Shown here: piece after piece, positions 50,134-63,924 of the stretch
Position numbering within the stretch: position 1 is the stretch's first letter
Layout of the letters: each line of letters starts with the position of its first letter
Assembly (NCBI GenBank): GCA_050273025.1
Contig: CP158635.1
Span: forward strand, 24,118,001-24,182,000
Reading direction: 5' to 3'
Length of the DNA stretch: 64,000 nucleotides
Source of the DNA: Cenococcum geophilum
Lineage: Eukaryota
Position numbers and translations under genes: made by a program
Notes under the pieces: generated by a model
Seen by the model: the letters and a program-made list of their open reading frames with translations, nothing else
The model's database searches: none
What the model was told of the DNA's origin: nothing

Positions 50134-50662
50134 TGTAATGAAGCCTTGTAGCAGGAACTATGGTGGACTTATTAATAGGCTAGGTATATAGGTAAATAAG
50201 AAGTTAACAACGTAATAATAACTAGTGGAGTAGTTGCCTAATAGATTAACTCTAATTATATTCTAAGATTTACTATAAAGGAGAGAACTATCTAGGTAGG
50301 GACTATAGTCCTTTAAATACACAACCGTACTCCTAAGAAATCCCCTTAGTATATAAGGTACGTATACTCTATCTACTCTATTATAGATCCTATAGATTAT
50401 ATAGATTATATAAATCACGTTATATAACCTTAGTTACTATTCCTCATTATATAGCTCTATCAGCTCCATCCTAAACTATGCCTAAATTAACTAACTAGCT
50501 TCTTCCGACTCCTCTCTAAGTAGTTATAATATTATACTTAAAGCGTCCGTAACACTATCTCCCTCCTTTTTATCCTTATCCTTAAAGATTCTAAATATCT
50601 CTAAGTTGTTTACTAGAGGTATAATGTCCGTCTAATTAATTTAGTTAATATTATTACTTATT

Positions 50663-51340
50663 ATACCTAAAGCTTCTTCTTCTTTATCTACAGCTCGTTG
50701 GTCTTATACCGTTGCTACAATATTATCTCTTAGCGAGATTATACTATCTCCGTGTTCTCGTTATTTAAAAAAGGGGTTAGTTTATATTATATTGGTAAGT
50801 CCATCTTCGCGACAACCGTTCTTTTGCTTAGAGTACACTAAAGCGAATATTTATTCGTTCTATAACGTTTACTTCGTCTCTAATACTAAATATACGCGAC
50901 CTATTACTCTTAATAGTTGTTTAGTTCCTTAACATATCTATCTTAAGGTCTTGTATTTAATCTGCTGCTATACGGCTAGATAGTGAACTGTCTTAAGCCC
51001 TTGCTAAGTTAGAATGTTCTTAAGATATGGAGTAGAAGGCTCTTAAGGCCCATATTGCGGCGTCTACTTAGTTACTCCGTCTTAAGAAGGTTCGTAAGAA
51101 GGTCTATTTTAAGGAGTAAAAACTAGTAGAATAAGGCTTATAGGAACTTAGTAATAAAAGAATAGATTCTTTTCCAATCGAGAAGGAAATAGATCCAAGT
51201 AGTTCGGCAACTGCTCTTCTTAGGTCCCCCTTAGGTAATTCATTTTTTAATAATCCTTCTTTATTAATGCTGCCTAACCTAATCTCTTCTAATACTCCTA
51301 TACCTTTCCTATAACGTTTTTTAAATTCTCTAGTAGTTTC
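50663..51340 (+). pseudogene. Antisense Cys6/coiled-coil ORF of Gypsy-1B
   Basis: Homolog of 7284-7960: SPCSRY(C)LKKGLVY(C)...SSRQPFFCLEY(C)TKAN. Confidence 0.5.
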
Positions 51341-54300
51341 TAGGTAGTTTTATTATAGCCTATCTACTTAACCTTATACTATATTTTATTGTTAATATCC
51401 TTATAACTAACGATCTTTAAAACTTACTATTTGTCTTCTTCCTATCCTCTATACGTGTCTACTTTGTAAACTAGTAGCTTAATATTCCTATATACTAGCT
51501 CTAGCATTGCAATATACTATATAAAGTAGATCTTTATCTTAGCTAGTAGGTTTAACTTAAATATAACTAGTGAAATCTTCTGTATAATTTTAAAAGGTCC
51601 TAGTCTAACATAGTCTAACTTCTTACTTAGTTGTTAACTCTTAAAATTTATATATAGTAGCTACACTTTATCTCCCTCCTTAAGATCTAGTCCCTTAGAT
51701 CTCCTAATATTATAGTACTTTTTTATTCTCTTTTATACTTTCTTTGCTAATTTTATAAGGTCTGCATAAAGATTTATTAACGTCTTTATTCTTTCTTTAG
51801 CTATACTACTTATTTTCTTTACTTACTATAGTAATAACAATATTCTTAGCTTATATCCATAATTTGCCTTAAATAGTAATATGCCTATTCCTTCCTATAG
51901 TATTATATTATATATAAACTATATAACTAATAATAGCGATACCCAATTATTCTATATATAATTAATAGAATATCTTAGATACTGTTCTAGTATCTAATTT
52001 AATCTTTCTGTTTAACCGTCTATCTATAAATAATATACGGTGGAAGTTGCTACTTAAATTCCTTACTCTGCTAAGAATACCTTCTAGAATACTATTATAA
52101 ATCTTAGATCTCTATCTAATATAATTTTGCTTAGTGCTCTATATCTTATAAATACTTCTTTAATATAAATTCTAGTAATATCTTCTATTAAGATTTCTTC
52201 TGTATATGCTATAAAGTATCCCTACTTTATAAGCTTATCTACTATTACTAAGATTACGTTATAATCTTATCCGGTAATAGGATCTCTTAACTTTAGTAAC
52301 TTAATAATAAAGTCCTATAATATAACCTCCTATAGTCTCTCTAGTATTTTAATAGGTTATAGCCCTCTATATAGCTTATACCTTATTAGTTTATTCCTTT
52401 AGTAATCTAGATATTCCTTTATAACTTTTCGCGCTAAGCCCTAAATTCTATTAATAATATACTCCTCCTAAAGTCTTAATACTAAGCCCGTGGCTCCATT
52501 ATATCCTTAAGTTATTCCCTTATAGAAGTCTTCCATAAAATACTCTACTATGCTCTTTAGGATATACTTCGCTTCTTAATTCTTGTATATATCTATCTAT
52601 AGATCTTCTAGCTATGCTTTTAGAATTTTCTATGCCTAAAAGCTCTCTAGTGTCTCGTAGACTTTTCCTAGTTTATTATTCTCTTAAGTTACTACTAGTT
52701 TAGGGTAATTATATCTAATTAATCCATCCTTATCTCTGCGTAGCATTACTCCCAATAGTTTCTCGTTATTTTATAGTTCAGCTTTTCTACTAAGTACGTC
52801 TGCTCTTGCATTCTTAGTTCCCTTAGTATACTAAATCTTAAAATAGTATTCTATAAGTATCTCTACCCATCTAACCTATCTCTAATTAAGTTCTTTTATT
52901 ATTAGGAACCCCGTTAGGTTTTTATAATCTATCTTAACTATAAATAGTTTCTTTACGCCTTATAAGAATACTCTTTATTCCTTAAGTGCTATAACTATAC
53001 CTAATAACTCCTTATTATAGACGTTATAGTTTAACTCTAGTAGTATTATCTTTCTACTATAGTATGCCACTAGATGCCATATATCCTTATGCTTTTATAG
53101 CAAGTATACTCCTAGTGTATAGTCTAATACGTCTATTTCTACAACCGTGTCTAGTCCTGGTTAATAGATCTTAAGGATTAGCTCCTAGGTAAATAACTCC
53201 TTAAGTTCTTTAAACAGCTTCTTTTATTTATCTCCCTATACCTATAGTTCCTCTTTCTTTATAAGCCTAGTAAATGGTTTAATATTCTTTAACCACTATG
53301 CTATAAACCTTTTATAGTAGTTGCAAAACCCTAAGAATAACCTCAACTGTATTATATTCTCTAGTTCTTACCAACTTACTATAGCTTTAATCTTCTTTAG
53401 GTCTATACTAATATAACCTAGTTTAATAATAAATCTAACAAAATTAGTCTTCCTTATAAAGAACTCGCATTTCTTAATTGCTACTAGCATCTATTCTTCT
53501 TATAGTCTTCTTAAGACCCATTTAACGTATTCCCCATATTCTTCCTCAGTTATTAAATAGATAATAATATCATTAAGGTATACTATAATAAACTTATCGG
53601 GGTATTCTCCTAACACACTATTAATTTATTTCTGAAATGTTGCTAGTATATTTATTAATCCAAATTATATAACTAATGGCTTATATAGTCCTTCTCTTAA
53701 TCTAAAAGCTGCCTTCCATTTATCGCCTTCCTTAATTCTAATCTAATGGTACGCCTATCTCAGATCTATTTTTATAAAGATTTATGCATTACCTATCTAA
53801 TCCTAAATCTCGCTAATTAAGGGTAAAGGATACCTATCCTTCTGGGTGGTGCTATTTAACTATTTATAGTCGATGCATAATCTAAGCTTTCTATTTTTCT
53901 TTAGTATAAATAGTACTAGATATTCTGCTAATAACTATAATAGTCTAATATATCCCTTTTATAAGTTTTCTTAGATAAACTCTTTAAGTGCGCTTAACTC
54001 CTCTTAAGTAAGCTTATATATTAGAAAGAACCTTAGACTTATTTCTAGTTCTAACTCTATCTTATAGTCCTATACTATATAATCTACCAACTTTTCACTT
54101 TCTGGGCTCTATAGCTTCTTGCCGTACTTATAGTATCTCTTTAGTATATAACTTAATCCTTTCTCTATTTCTTTATAGGTTGCTCCTACTTAGTACTATA
54201 CTAACTTAGCTTATTATCGCATCTTGCGGCGTTAAGTATCTCTAATATTAACCTGACCTATAATCTAATTAATCTTTAAATTATATTCCTATAACTAAGG

Positions 54301-55099
54301 CATCCCTAATACTGCCTTATCCCGTCCTAATAGTAGGATATTAAAAGACATCTTAATTTGTCTTCCTTTAATGGTTATCTAAATAGGTCCTATTTTAAGG
54401 TCAATAATCCCTCCTCCGTAGGTTATTAGATCTCCTAAAATTGTAACTAATAGGTAAGGTTACTTCTTCTATCTATAAGGTAATCCCATTCTCTTAACTA
54501 CTACTAGTAAGATATAGTTCCGCGTTACTCCACTATCTATTAGCGCTTTAACCTATTAATCTTACTAATTAACTTATAAATTTAGGTATTGTCCTTAAAT
54601 TCCTTTAAGGGTCTAAAGCTCTACTACTAGCTCCCTCTAGTCCTATAGGCCTTTACTTTTCCTAACTATTAGCTGCTTAATCCTATTATACTTAGCTTAC
54701 TCTTTAGCTAATGCCTAGTTCGCTTTTTATCTTTAATATACTATAGATACGTATTCTCTAGGCATTCCTACTACTATTATCCATCTAAGCATTCTTCCGT
54801 AAGAAATCTTCCTAGCTAAAGTATTAAATTTCCTTCCTCTTGGACTTCTGCTAGATGCTATCTGTATATATATTTAGCATTCCTATACTATCACTTATCT
54901 ATTATCTAGTATATCCTTATAGGGTATTTCCGATTCTTTTCCTTTAGATTCTTATATATTTTATATATATTATCTACGCATACAATCCATAATAGCGTAT
55001 GGTATACTAGGTGCTCTAGGTTAATTCTTAACTTATCTTTATCTTTAAGTTTAAACCTTTATTATACTAATCTAAACGTTATAACTTTATTTATAGGTA

Positions 55100-55367
55100 C
55101 ATCAGGAAATTTTTTTTTGGGCACGTTGTTGCAAACGAAAATCGGGGTCTGCAAAACCTGCGTAAGTCGCAATTTTGGCAATTTGCGGCGATTTGCAGCA
55201 ATTTGCTACAAACACATAGGCTACCTATGCACGCGCCTGCCCTATCTATGTGTTCGTAGCAAATTGCTGCAAATTGCCGCAAATGCTAAAATTGCGACTT
55301 ACGCCTGCAGGTTTTGCAGACCCCGATTTTCACTTGCAACAACGTGCCCAAAAAAAAAATCCTGATG
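55100..55367. mobile_element. MITE-like 268 bp foldback forming the left end of the composite element
   Basis: Near-perfect inverted repeat ending aacaacgtgcccaaaaaaaaaatcctgatg. Confidence 0.88.
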
Positions 55368-55369
55368 CA

Positions 55370-56480
55370 GAGGCTCTGCACGAGGCTCTACACAAAGCTC
55401 TGCACGAGGCTTTACACAAAGCTCTGCACGAAGCTCTACACGAAGCTCTATACAAAGCTCTGCGCGAAGCTCTACACGAAGCTTTGCACGAGGCTCTACA
55501 CGAGGCTCTACACAAAGCTCTGCGTACAGAGGCTCTGCACGAGGCTCTATACGAAGTTCTGCACGAATTCGTGCACGAAGCTCTGCACGAAGCTCTACAC
55601 GAAGCTCTACACGAAGCTCTACACGAAGCTCTACACGAAGCTTTGCACGAGGCTCCACACGAGGCTCTACACGAAGCTCTGCGTACAGAGGCTCGCACGA
55701 GGCTCTGTACGAAGCTCTACACGAAGCTCTACACGATGCTCTACACGAAGCTTTGCACGATGCTCTACACGAAGCTCTGCGTACAGAGGCTCTACACGAA
55801 GCTCTACACGAAGCTCTGCACGAAGCTCTGCACGAAGCTTTACACGAAGCTTTGCACGAGGCTCTACACAAGGCTCTACACAAAGCTCTGCGTACAGAGG
55901 CTCTGCACGAGGCTCTACACGAAGCTCTGTACGAAGCTCTACACAAAGCTCTACACGAAGCTCTACACGAAGCTCTACACGAAGCTTTGCACGATGCTCT
56001 ACACGAAGCTCTGCGTATAGAGGCTCTACACGAAGCTCTACACGAAGCTCTGCACGAAGTTTTACACGAAGCTTTGCACGAGGCTCTACACGAGGCTCTA
56101 CACAAAGCTCTGCGTACAGAGGCTCTGCACGAGGCTCTACACGGGGCTCTGTACGAAGCTCTGCACGAAGCTCTACACAAAGCTCTACACGAAGCTCTAC
56201 ACGAAGCTCTACACGAAGCTTTGCACGAGGCTCTACACGAGGCTCTACACAAAGCTCTGCATATAGAGGCTCTGCACGAGGCTCTACACGGGGCTCTGTA
56301 CGAAGCTCTGCACGAAGCTCTACACGAAGCTCTACACAAGGCTCTGCACGAAGCTCTACACGAAGCTCTGCACAAAGCTCTATATGAAGCTCTACACGAA
56401 GCTCTGCATAAAGCTCTACGAAGCTCTACACGAGGCTCTGCGCGAAGCTCTGCATACGGAGGCTCTACACGAAGCTCTAC
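55370..56480. repeat. ~1.1 kb 12 bp minisatellite (gargctctrcac) with periodic 15 bp variant units
   Basis: Roughly 90 units; it generates the HEAL / RASC / TKLC repeat ORFs in the track. Confidence 0.95.
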
Positions 56481-56654
56481 ACAAAACCTTTGTGTGTGCG
56501 CGCGACACACTACTATCGGGTCCCCGCTATATTCCCGATAGCCTCTACACGTGCCTCTGCCAAGTATACCCCCTATATACACCTAGGTAGCCACCTCATT
56601 TTTTACCCTTCCTTACATCCTCCCTACCTAGGAAGACACCAGAACGACAGCCAG

Positions 56655-56980
56655 CAGACGACCGTCGCCGGAGCCAGACGACCGTCGCCAGAGCTAGACG
56701 ACCGTCAGAGCCAGACGACCGTCGTCAGAGCTAGACAACCGTCGTCAGAGCTAGACGACCGTCACCGGAGCCAGATGACCGTCGCCAGAGCTGGACGACC
56801 GTCGTCAGAGCTGGACGACCGTCAGAGCCAGACGACCGTCGTCAGAGCTAGACGACCGTCGTCAGAGCTAGACGACCGTCGTCAGAGCTGGACGACCGTC
56901 GCCGGAGCCAGATGACCGTCGCCAGAGTTAGACGACCGTCGTCATCGCCACACGACCGTCGCCAGAGCCACACGACAACC
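56655..56980. repeat. 17-20 bp tandem repeat with self-complementary core gacgaccgtcgtc
   Basis: gacgaccgtcgtcagagcta and variants, more than 15 units. Confidence 0.9.
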
Positions 56981-57309
56981 GTTCGAACGACCAGCCAGCG
57001 AACACGATAAACGATTTGATCGATCGATCGAATCAAGGTGACATAGACAGGTAGGCACAGACAGGTAGGCATAGACGGGTAGGTATAGACGGACGGACAG
57101 ACAGACAGGTAGGTAGGCAAGCAGGCAGGCAGGTAGGCAGGCAGGTAGGTAGATGATTTAGAGCCTCTGCGAGAGGCTTCCCCCTTAACGCCCAAAGTAG
57201 ATAGCTCTACATTTTATATAGTTATAATATAAATATATTTAAAAGTATATTATAGAAATCTATGGGAATATGTGATAATTTGGTTATTATATAATAATTA
57301 TAATTTATA

Positions 57310-57420
57310 TAGTTACAATTTGTACAGTTTTTACAATTTGTACGGTTTATACAATTCGTATAGTTTGTACAATTTGTACGGTTTATATAATTCGTACAGT
57401 TTTTACAATTCGTATAGTTT
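57310..57420. repeat. 18 bp tandem repeat (tacaatttgtacrgtttn)
   Basis: About 6 units. Confidence 0.8.
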
Positions 57421-57552
57421 GCGCGCTATTTATTTATAGGGTAGCGTTTTGCTGCAATTTATTTATAGGGGTAGCATTTTGCCGCAATTTGCTATTAGGT
57501 GCTGCGATTTTGTTGCAAAACGTGCGTTTTGCGCAAATTGCTATCGACCATA

Positions 57553-60046
57553 ACGTAGGTGACAGGGTTATGACGGGTGTTAGAGTTATGACGGTCGCGT
57601 AACACCGCCTGCCGTATTAGGCTTAGCACTTACCTAATTCAGTATTTTGCTGCCTCGACTTTCCAAATCTCGTCTTCCCCCTGATTGTTACTACTTAATT
57701 TAAATACTTATTACCAACGCTCTAATGCCCTGCTGGCCTCGTAAACCTGATTCGGATGAGAAGATAGATATAGCTATTACTGCCTGGAATTTGGGCTACT
57801 ATAAGAGCAAGGAAGCCTGCGTAAAAGTATATAATGTTAACCCGAATACATTTTGCAGGAGGATTAACCAAAAGTAGCAGTCCTATAAAGTCGCCCACAA
57901 TAATTAACGACGTATTTCGTCTTCTGGCGAAGGTGTAATTGTTTAATATTATATATATTTTGCTAAAGGCGGATTTCTATGTTGAATTAATACCGTTTGA
58001 ATAATAGCAATAACGATCTACCTGCGCGAGTATTGGAGGATCCCTCGCCTCTAGCTACCCCCCCCACTAGGTAAACAATGGGTATATTACTTTCTGAATT
58101 GGTAGGAAGAATTGCGTACTTGCTATGTACATTTAATTAATTAAGAACGGGCTATAGCTGGCAATAATCCTACCCTAGTTATAAGTTTCTTTATAGACTA
58201 TGCCAATGTTAAGACTTAATATAATATTGTAGATATTAATACTTGGAATATAGATGAGATAGGCTTTGCTATGGGCTTTGCTTATGGCGCCAAAGTAGTT
58301 ATATTACGCGGTAATATGAGCAACTTTAAGACGATTGACGGCTTAAGGGAGTAGGTGAGCTAGATTAACGCAATTAGTATACACGGCCAGACTATACCAT
58401 TATTTGTTATCTTTAAGGGACGGCAGTATACAGACTTACTATGGCAGGAGGCTGTAAGCGCTGTAGGCGACTGTGCTATTGGAATGTTAGATAATGGATG
58501 GTTAAATTAAGAACTTAGTATACAGTGGCTGCGCCATTTTAAGCACTATACTCGACGTATACGTAAATAGAAGGCCCTTAGCGAAGGCTAGGATGATAAC
58601 TATATCTATAGTTATTAAATGCTTATTATAGACGGCTATAGTAGTTACGTTAATCTTAAGTTCGTATAGTTCTGCGAAGATTATAAGATTATACCAATCT
58701 GCCTGCTACCTCATTTAACGCACCTTTTGCAGCCTCTAGATCTTATAATATTCTTACAACTTAAGTAACTCTACTTATCTAAAGTTGACGAATATGTAAC
58801 GCGGGGTATTACTGGAATTAATAAGGAATATTTTTTAAGGATTCTAGGCGAGATCCGCCCTTAGATATATATACTAAGACTGATTAATAGCGCCTTTAAA
58901 GCCGCAGGCCTTCTTCCTTATAATCTAGATGAAGTACTTAAGCGCTGTATAAATTCTTCTACGCCCTCTTAACCTTTTACCCCCTTATTCTTTATGCAGT
59001 AAGCAACAATCCTATCCTTACCTTTATACCCCTGTACCCCTAAAAATCGCGACGATCGTACACGGTACGCCTATACGATTCTCCATCCCGAAACTACACT
59101 TAAGGTAATAGAGGCAGTGGTAAAGAAACTAATAATATATATGGAATTATGCGAGGATTAGGAACATCTTCTATAAATAGAAAATAATGAGCTTCGGCAG
59201 GCTGCTGCAGAAAGGAGGGCAAGGAAGGAGCGTAAGCGCTAGGTCCTCTCTACTGGATTAGTACTTACTGCAGACTTAATAAGAGAAATTGTTGCCGAAT
59301 GAGAGGCCGCTAATTAAGCCAAAGAGGATGCTAGAATATAGAGGGAGCGAGATAAGGAGAGGAGGGAGAATATAGTAGCGCTTAAGAAGGAGCAAGTAAT
59401 AGCGCGGAAGGAAGCTCGCTCTGCTGCCTCTACTGCTAAAAAGATCGCGGAACAATACCAGAAGGACGCTTGGGCGGTAGTAAGATTAGCAAAAAAGGCG
59501 CGCAAGGCTTTAGATTTAGCCACTAATATCATAAAGAAGAAGAATACGTTGGAGGCCTGAGACGCTGCTGCCGCTGCTGCTATATTAGCGGCAGCAGCAG
59601 AAGCAGATTAAGCTGCAAAGAACACGCTAGCGGAATCCTCTACTGCTACTTGTGTAGCAGCTGTAGCGTATTATAAAGGATTACTTGCGGCCTCTAAAAA
59701 GGTTGTAGAAGAGGGTGAGCAGATAGAGGAGACGCTGGAAGATGAGCTTGTTGATGAGCCTATTAAGGACTTTGTATATTCGAGCGATAATAAGGCGCTA
59801 GATGAGGATATATATATGCGGCTAAAGGACTAAGGAGCCCTTATTAGCCCTCGCCTCTAGTAAATATCTAAATAAGGTGATTTATATATAAATATAAAGC
59901 TTTATTTTTCAGGATAATAAAAGAAACTGCGGGATGCTGTAGGATGAATTTTACTGCTAATTTACTATGGTTGGGCCCATCTGGCAGAATTTTGGTGTTC
60001 CTAACCGTCATAACTCTGACACCCGTCATAACCCTGTCACCTACGT
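57553..60046 (+). mobile_element. pogo/Fot1-family Tc1/mariner transposon, full length
   Basis: 43 bp TIRs acgtaggtgacagggttatgacgggtgttagagttatgacggt / accgtcataactctgacacccgtcataaccctgtcacctacgt; TA at 57551-57552 and 60047-60048. Confidence 0.95.
57724..59833 (+). pseudogene. pogo/Fot1 DDD transposase, RIP-mutated, with long charged/Ala-rich C-terminus
   Basis: NTWNI(M)DEI(T)GFAMG (~58238); LIIDGY(H)SSY(H)V (~58622); LL(P)PHL(S)THLLQPLD (~58702-58741). Confidence 0.9.
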
Positions 60047-63000
60047 TATCCACCTGCCGCAACCGTACGGTTTGCGGCAATTTGCCGCAAACCGCAACAA
60101 CGAGCCCCAAAAAAAAATTTCCTGATGTACTAAGATAGATCTCTCGCTTCTTTAGTCCTCTAATTATTCCTCTAGATCCTTTAATATTATAATTAAGGCT
60201 CCTTTAATATGCGTTATAGCCTTCTCTATAATCGGGTAGTTCTAGATAACTTATTTATCCAACTATATATAGAAATCTTCCTACTTATTATTATGTCGCT
60301 GTCTATACCACTTTTAGTATAGCTACTAGAGTGTATACGGCTTATCTATAAGGAAGTATCTTCTTATTATTGCGTCGTGACAGCCCTTTATATGTCGTTC
60401 TTTAAACCTAATAGGGATCCCTAAATCCTCTTTGTCTTCCAGTTTAGTAAGCCACTTAGCTCTTAGTATGCCTGCCCTAGGCCTATTAGTAATTCTTTAT
60501 ACTAGTACTCTGTCCTTTATACGTCCTAATATGCTAGATCTCTTATCTAGTTTCTGTTCTTACTATACGATAATTCTTTATCTAAATTCTTCTATAGTTT
60601 TTTTTATTTTACGTCTTGCGCTTAGATCCTTAAAGTCTTCTTACTTCTTAATCTTAGTATTAATATTTTGATCTTTAGGCCAAACGCTGCGTTCTCCTAG
60701 TAAGTCCTCTAAGTTTATATATCTGTCTCCTAGTCTAATTGCTGTTTGCGCTATAGATTCTCTAATTTATAAAGAAGCCTCTTACCTCTTGTTTATAGGT
60801 GTCCTTATTTATACTCCGAATTCTTAACCCCTTTAGATTTTCAATCCTAAGCTTACTTCTATCTTAAGCTTTACTCTAGCCTTAGTCTAACTAGGCTTAC
60901 TTAGTGTTCTTATCTTATTTTAAGAGTCTTAAATCTTACTTATCTTGTCTTAAGAGTCTTATGCTTTTAGGAAACTTTGTCCTAAGCTTATTCGTATATT
61001 ACTAAACTAAGCCGTTGCTCTACTCTATTGGTTATCGTCCATTATAGGTCCTTAAGCTTGCCTTATCTCGTCTTAAGAATTTTAGTTGTCTCGCATTTTA
61101 TCTTAAGAATCTTAAGCTTTTGGCCTTTTACCTTTATTAAGTGCTAAAGTGGCTTACTATCTTACTTTTCTTATATCTCGCGAAGCGATAGATATTATAT
61201 CTAGTGGGGTCTTAATCCCTACTAATGTTCCCTATTCTGTAGTGGAATTATCCTCCGCCTCTTATATAATATCTCCAAGGTCTACTTACTCCTAGTAAGC
61301 GGCTTATATCGCCTTATTATTATAAAATATTTCGCCTATATTAAATTTATTGTCCTTAATATCCGATCTGTAAACTAGTTTATTAGTTCCTCTATATTCT
61401 ATAGGTTATAGCTCTTATAACTAATAGCTTGCGCCGTACTTAGCGTCCTTATAAATTTAGTATGCGTTATTATAACAAAATATAAAACTTTTAATTAAAT
61501 ATTCTTTTGTTCCTTATAGCATATTATCGTCCCTTTATATATATATATCGTCTACTAGTCTCGTGCCTTTTACTATATAATAACTCTGCCTACTTCTATA
61601 GTCTCTAATATAATAACCCTATTTTCCGTAATTTATATAAGCTCCTTCTTTAAACCATTTTTCTTGCTATAGAGTCCGCCTAAACGTCTTTTACTATTAA
61701 GATCCCTAGTTTAGCCTCTACTCTTTAGACCTTTAATTACTTAATCCTTATCCTCTAGGTTTCTATAATTTCTTATTCCATTTCCTAGATTCTTTAGTAC
61801 TACTTAGGTCTATTAGCTCTGCGCTATACCATAGTTTTTAACTTAGCTTTAGTCATTACGTATTCTGCGCCTTATATAACTATAGAACTCTATCCTAGCC
61901 TCTTTTAGCCTGTTCCCTTTAGTAAATCCAATTATTAATCTTAATTGCTTAATCTATTAATTCCCTTAGGGTATCCGCATCTTCTATTAGGATAATTACG
62001 TCCTAGACTTTAGCCTTAAGTCCTTACTTATACTATACTATAAGCGCCCTATTATTCTACTCTACTTACGTCGCTAATGTCTAGAACTGCGTTATATACT
62101 TAATCGCTAAGGTTTATTATATAATGTCTTAGAGTTTTCTTTTCGCTATAGTTGTTGCCTCTAGGTCTCCAAATATTTATATAAGTCATTCTATAAATCT
62201 ATTCCAGCTTAAGAATATAAACCGTACCTCTTGGTTTGTAGTTGTTATTCTATTTACTTATATCTCTGTAAGGTAAAGCTTAAACCATTTAAGTGCCCTT
62301 CCTGTTAAGAACAGTCCTACATATACTATTTAATCCATAGGTATTGCCAGCTTTGCTTCTTCCTATATAACCTTAAAGTACATTTATATAAGGAATCCTT
62401 TAAGCTTTAATCTCTCTCTTAAGTACCTTTTAATCGATAGTAACTTAACCTTTGCTGCGCCTATTCTGTTAATCCTATTTTCTAACGCTATATTATTTTC
62501 TATTAACTAGTTAACTATCTCTTATAACTATCCAACTGTTATAGGTTACTATAAGTTAGTATTTGCTATACTAGTGTTGTTACCTAACCTTAAAGTAGTT
62601 GCTGCCGTCAATGGCGTTATAGTGGCTGCTTTTGGTGGTATATTATTTAACTTTGTTAATACTATAACCTTAGTAGTAAATATATAACAAAGCCTTGTAG
62701 CAGGAACTACGGTAGACTTATTAATAGGCTAGGTATATAGGTAAACAAGAAGTTAACAACGTAATAATAACTAGTGGAGTGGTTGCCTAATAGATTAACT
62801 CTAATTATATTCTAAGATTTACTACAAAGGAGAGAACTATCTAGGTAGGGACTGTGGTCCTTTAAATACACAACCGTACTCCTAAGAAATCCCCTTGGTA
62901 CGTAAGGTATATATACTCTATCTACTTTATTATAGATCGTATAGATCGTATAGATTATATAGATTACGTTATATAACCTCGGTTACTATTCCTCGTTACA

Positions 63001-63103
63001 TAGCTCTATCGGCTCCATCTTAGACCGTGCCTAAATTAACTAACTAGCTTCTTCCAACTCCTCTCCAAGTAGTCGTAATATTATACTTAAAGCGTCTATA
63101 ATA

Positions 63104-63530
63104 ACTAGACCCTAACCTAGACCCTTTTTAACCTATTAAATTTTAAAAATAATAACCTCTCCTAAATTAAAAATAAACCTTATCCTTAATAAACCATCTA
63201 ATTAGATTTAATAATTTTTTATTATCTAAGATATAGCTAAAACTAATAAGGTATGGCAGTATATTAACCTATTTAAGAAGAAAGATAATCTTCTAAAGCT
63301 AGAACTACTAAGTTGGCCTATATTAAGAGATATACTACCTATAGCTATATTAATAGTAAAGCTAGACCCAAATTAGCTTACTACTTATAACTAGCTCTAC
63401 GCTAAATATAAGGATAATTTACGCGTATACTAGAAGCAAAAACAGGCTATAAACGATATTAATAACTATATCGTTCGCACCATATCGGTAGCCTACCTTC
63501 CACTTATTAACAGCCTTAGTAATTAGTTAT
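63104..63530 (+). pseudogene. Copia-1-family gag relic
   Basis: Homologous to ~5985-6400 (aaaactaataaggtatggcagtatattaacc). Confidence 0.8.
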
Positions 63531-63924
63531 ATTAAATATTTAAGGCGTCTCTACTATTATAGTAGCTACTACAGTAATAAAGACACCCTATATTTTAGTA
63601 AGTAATTAAGCCCATCTTATACGAGAATCTTATACTATTAGTACTTACTAAATTATATACTTATAGGGCCTTCTCCTATCTATAAATACTCCCTCCTTTA
63701 TACCTTCCTCTCTTCTTTTCTTCTTCTTCATAAGAGCTAGAGGTACTCTAATACTCCTTCTTAGTCCCTATTAAAGGATCTATTAGTTAATATAGTAATA
63801 TAGATAGTATTAGATAAGGAGACGGACGAGAAAAAAAATAGGAAGGATAGAGAAGCCTCTAGTATATATTAGTTAAGCAACGTTAATAGCTATATTATAG
63901 CTGTTTAATCTCCTATACTTATAG

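Larger units (their letters stand above)
55100..60127. mobile_element. TA-flanked composite non-autonomous DNA element (CATCAGG... TIRs) with satellite cargo and nested pogo
   Basis: ~33 bp TIRs catcaggaaatttttttttgggcacgttgttgc / gcaacaacgagccccaaaaaaaaatttcctgatg; TA at 55098-55099 and 60128-60129; the empty site caggtactaaga is visible in Gypsy-1A at ~11715-11726. Confidence 0.88.
50134..63103 (-). mobile_element. Gypsy-1 copy B (with nested composite DNA element)
   Basis: 421 bp LTRs 50134-50554 and 62683-63103; TSD ACTAG at 50129-50133 and 63104-63108; internal sequence collinear with 7176-14434. Confidence 0.95.

Noticed and set aside
55250..56590. Long ORFs of 256-427 aa (HEAL / RASC / TKLC repeats) as real genes
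   Set aside because: They are overlapping frames on both strands of a 12 bp satellite whose unit lacks stop codons; there is no unique domain.
56655..56980. CRISPR-like array
   Set aside because: Units are contiguous with no unique spacers, there are no cas genes, and the context is eukaryotic.
63530..63924. Unassigned AT-rich segment
   Set aside because: No recognisable motif or boundary; probably another RIP-degraded TE fragment.
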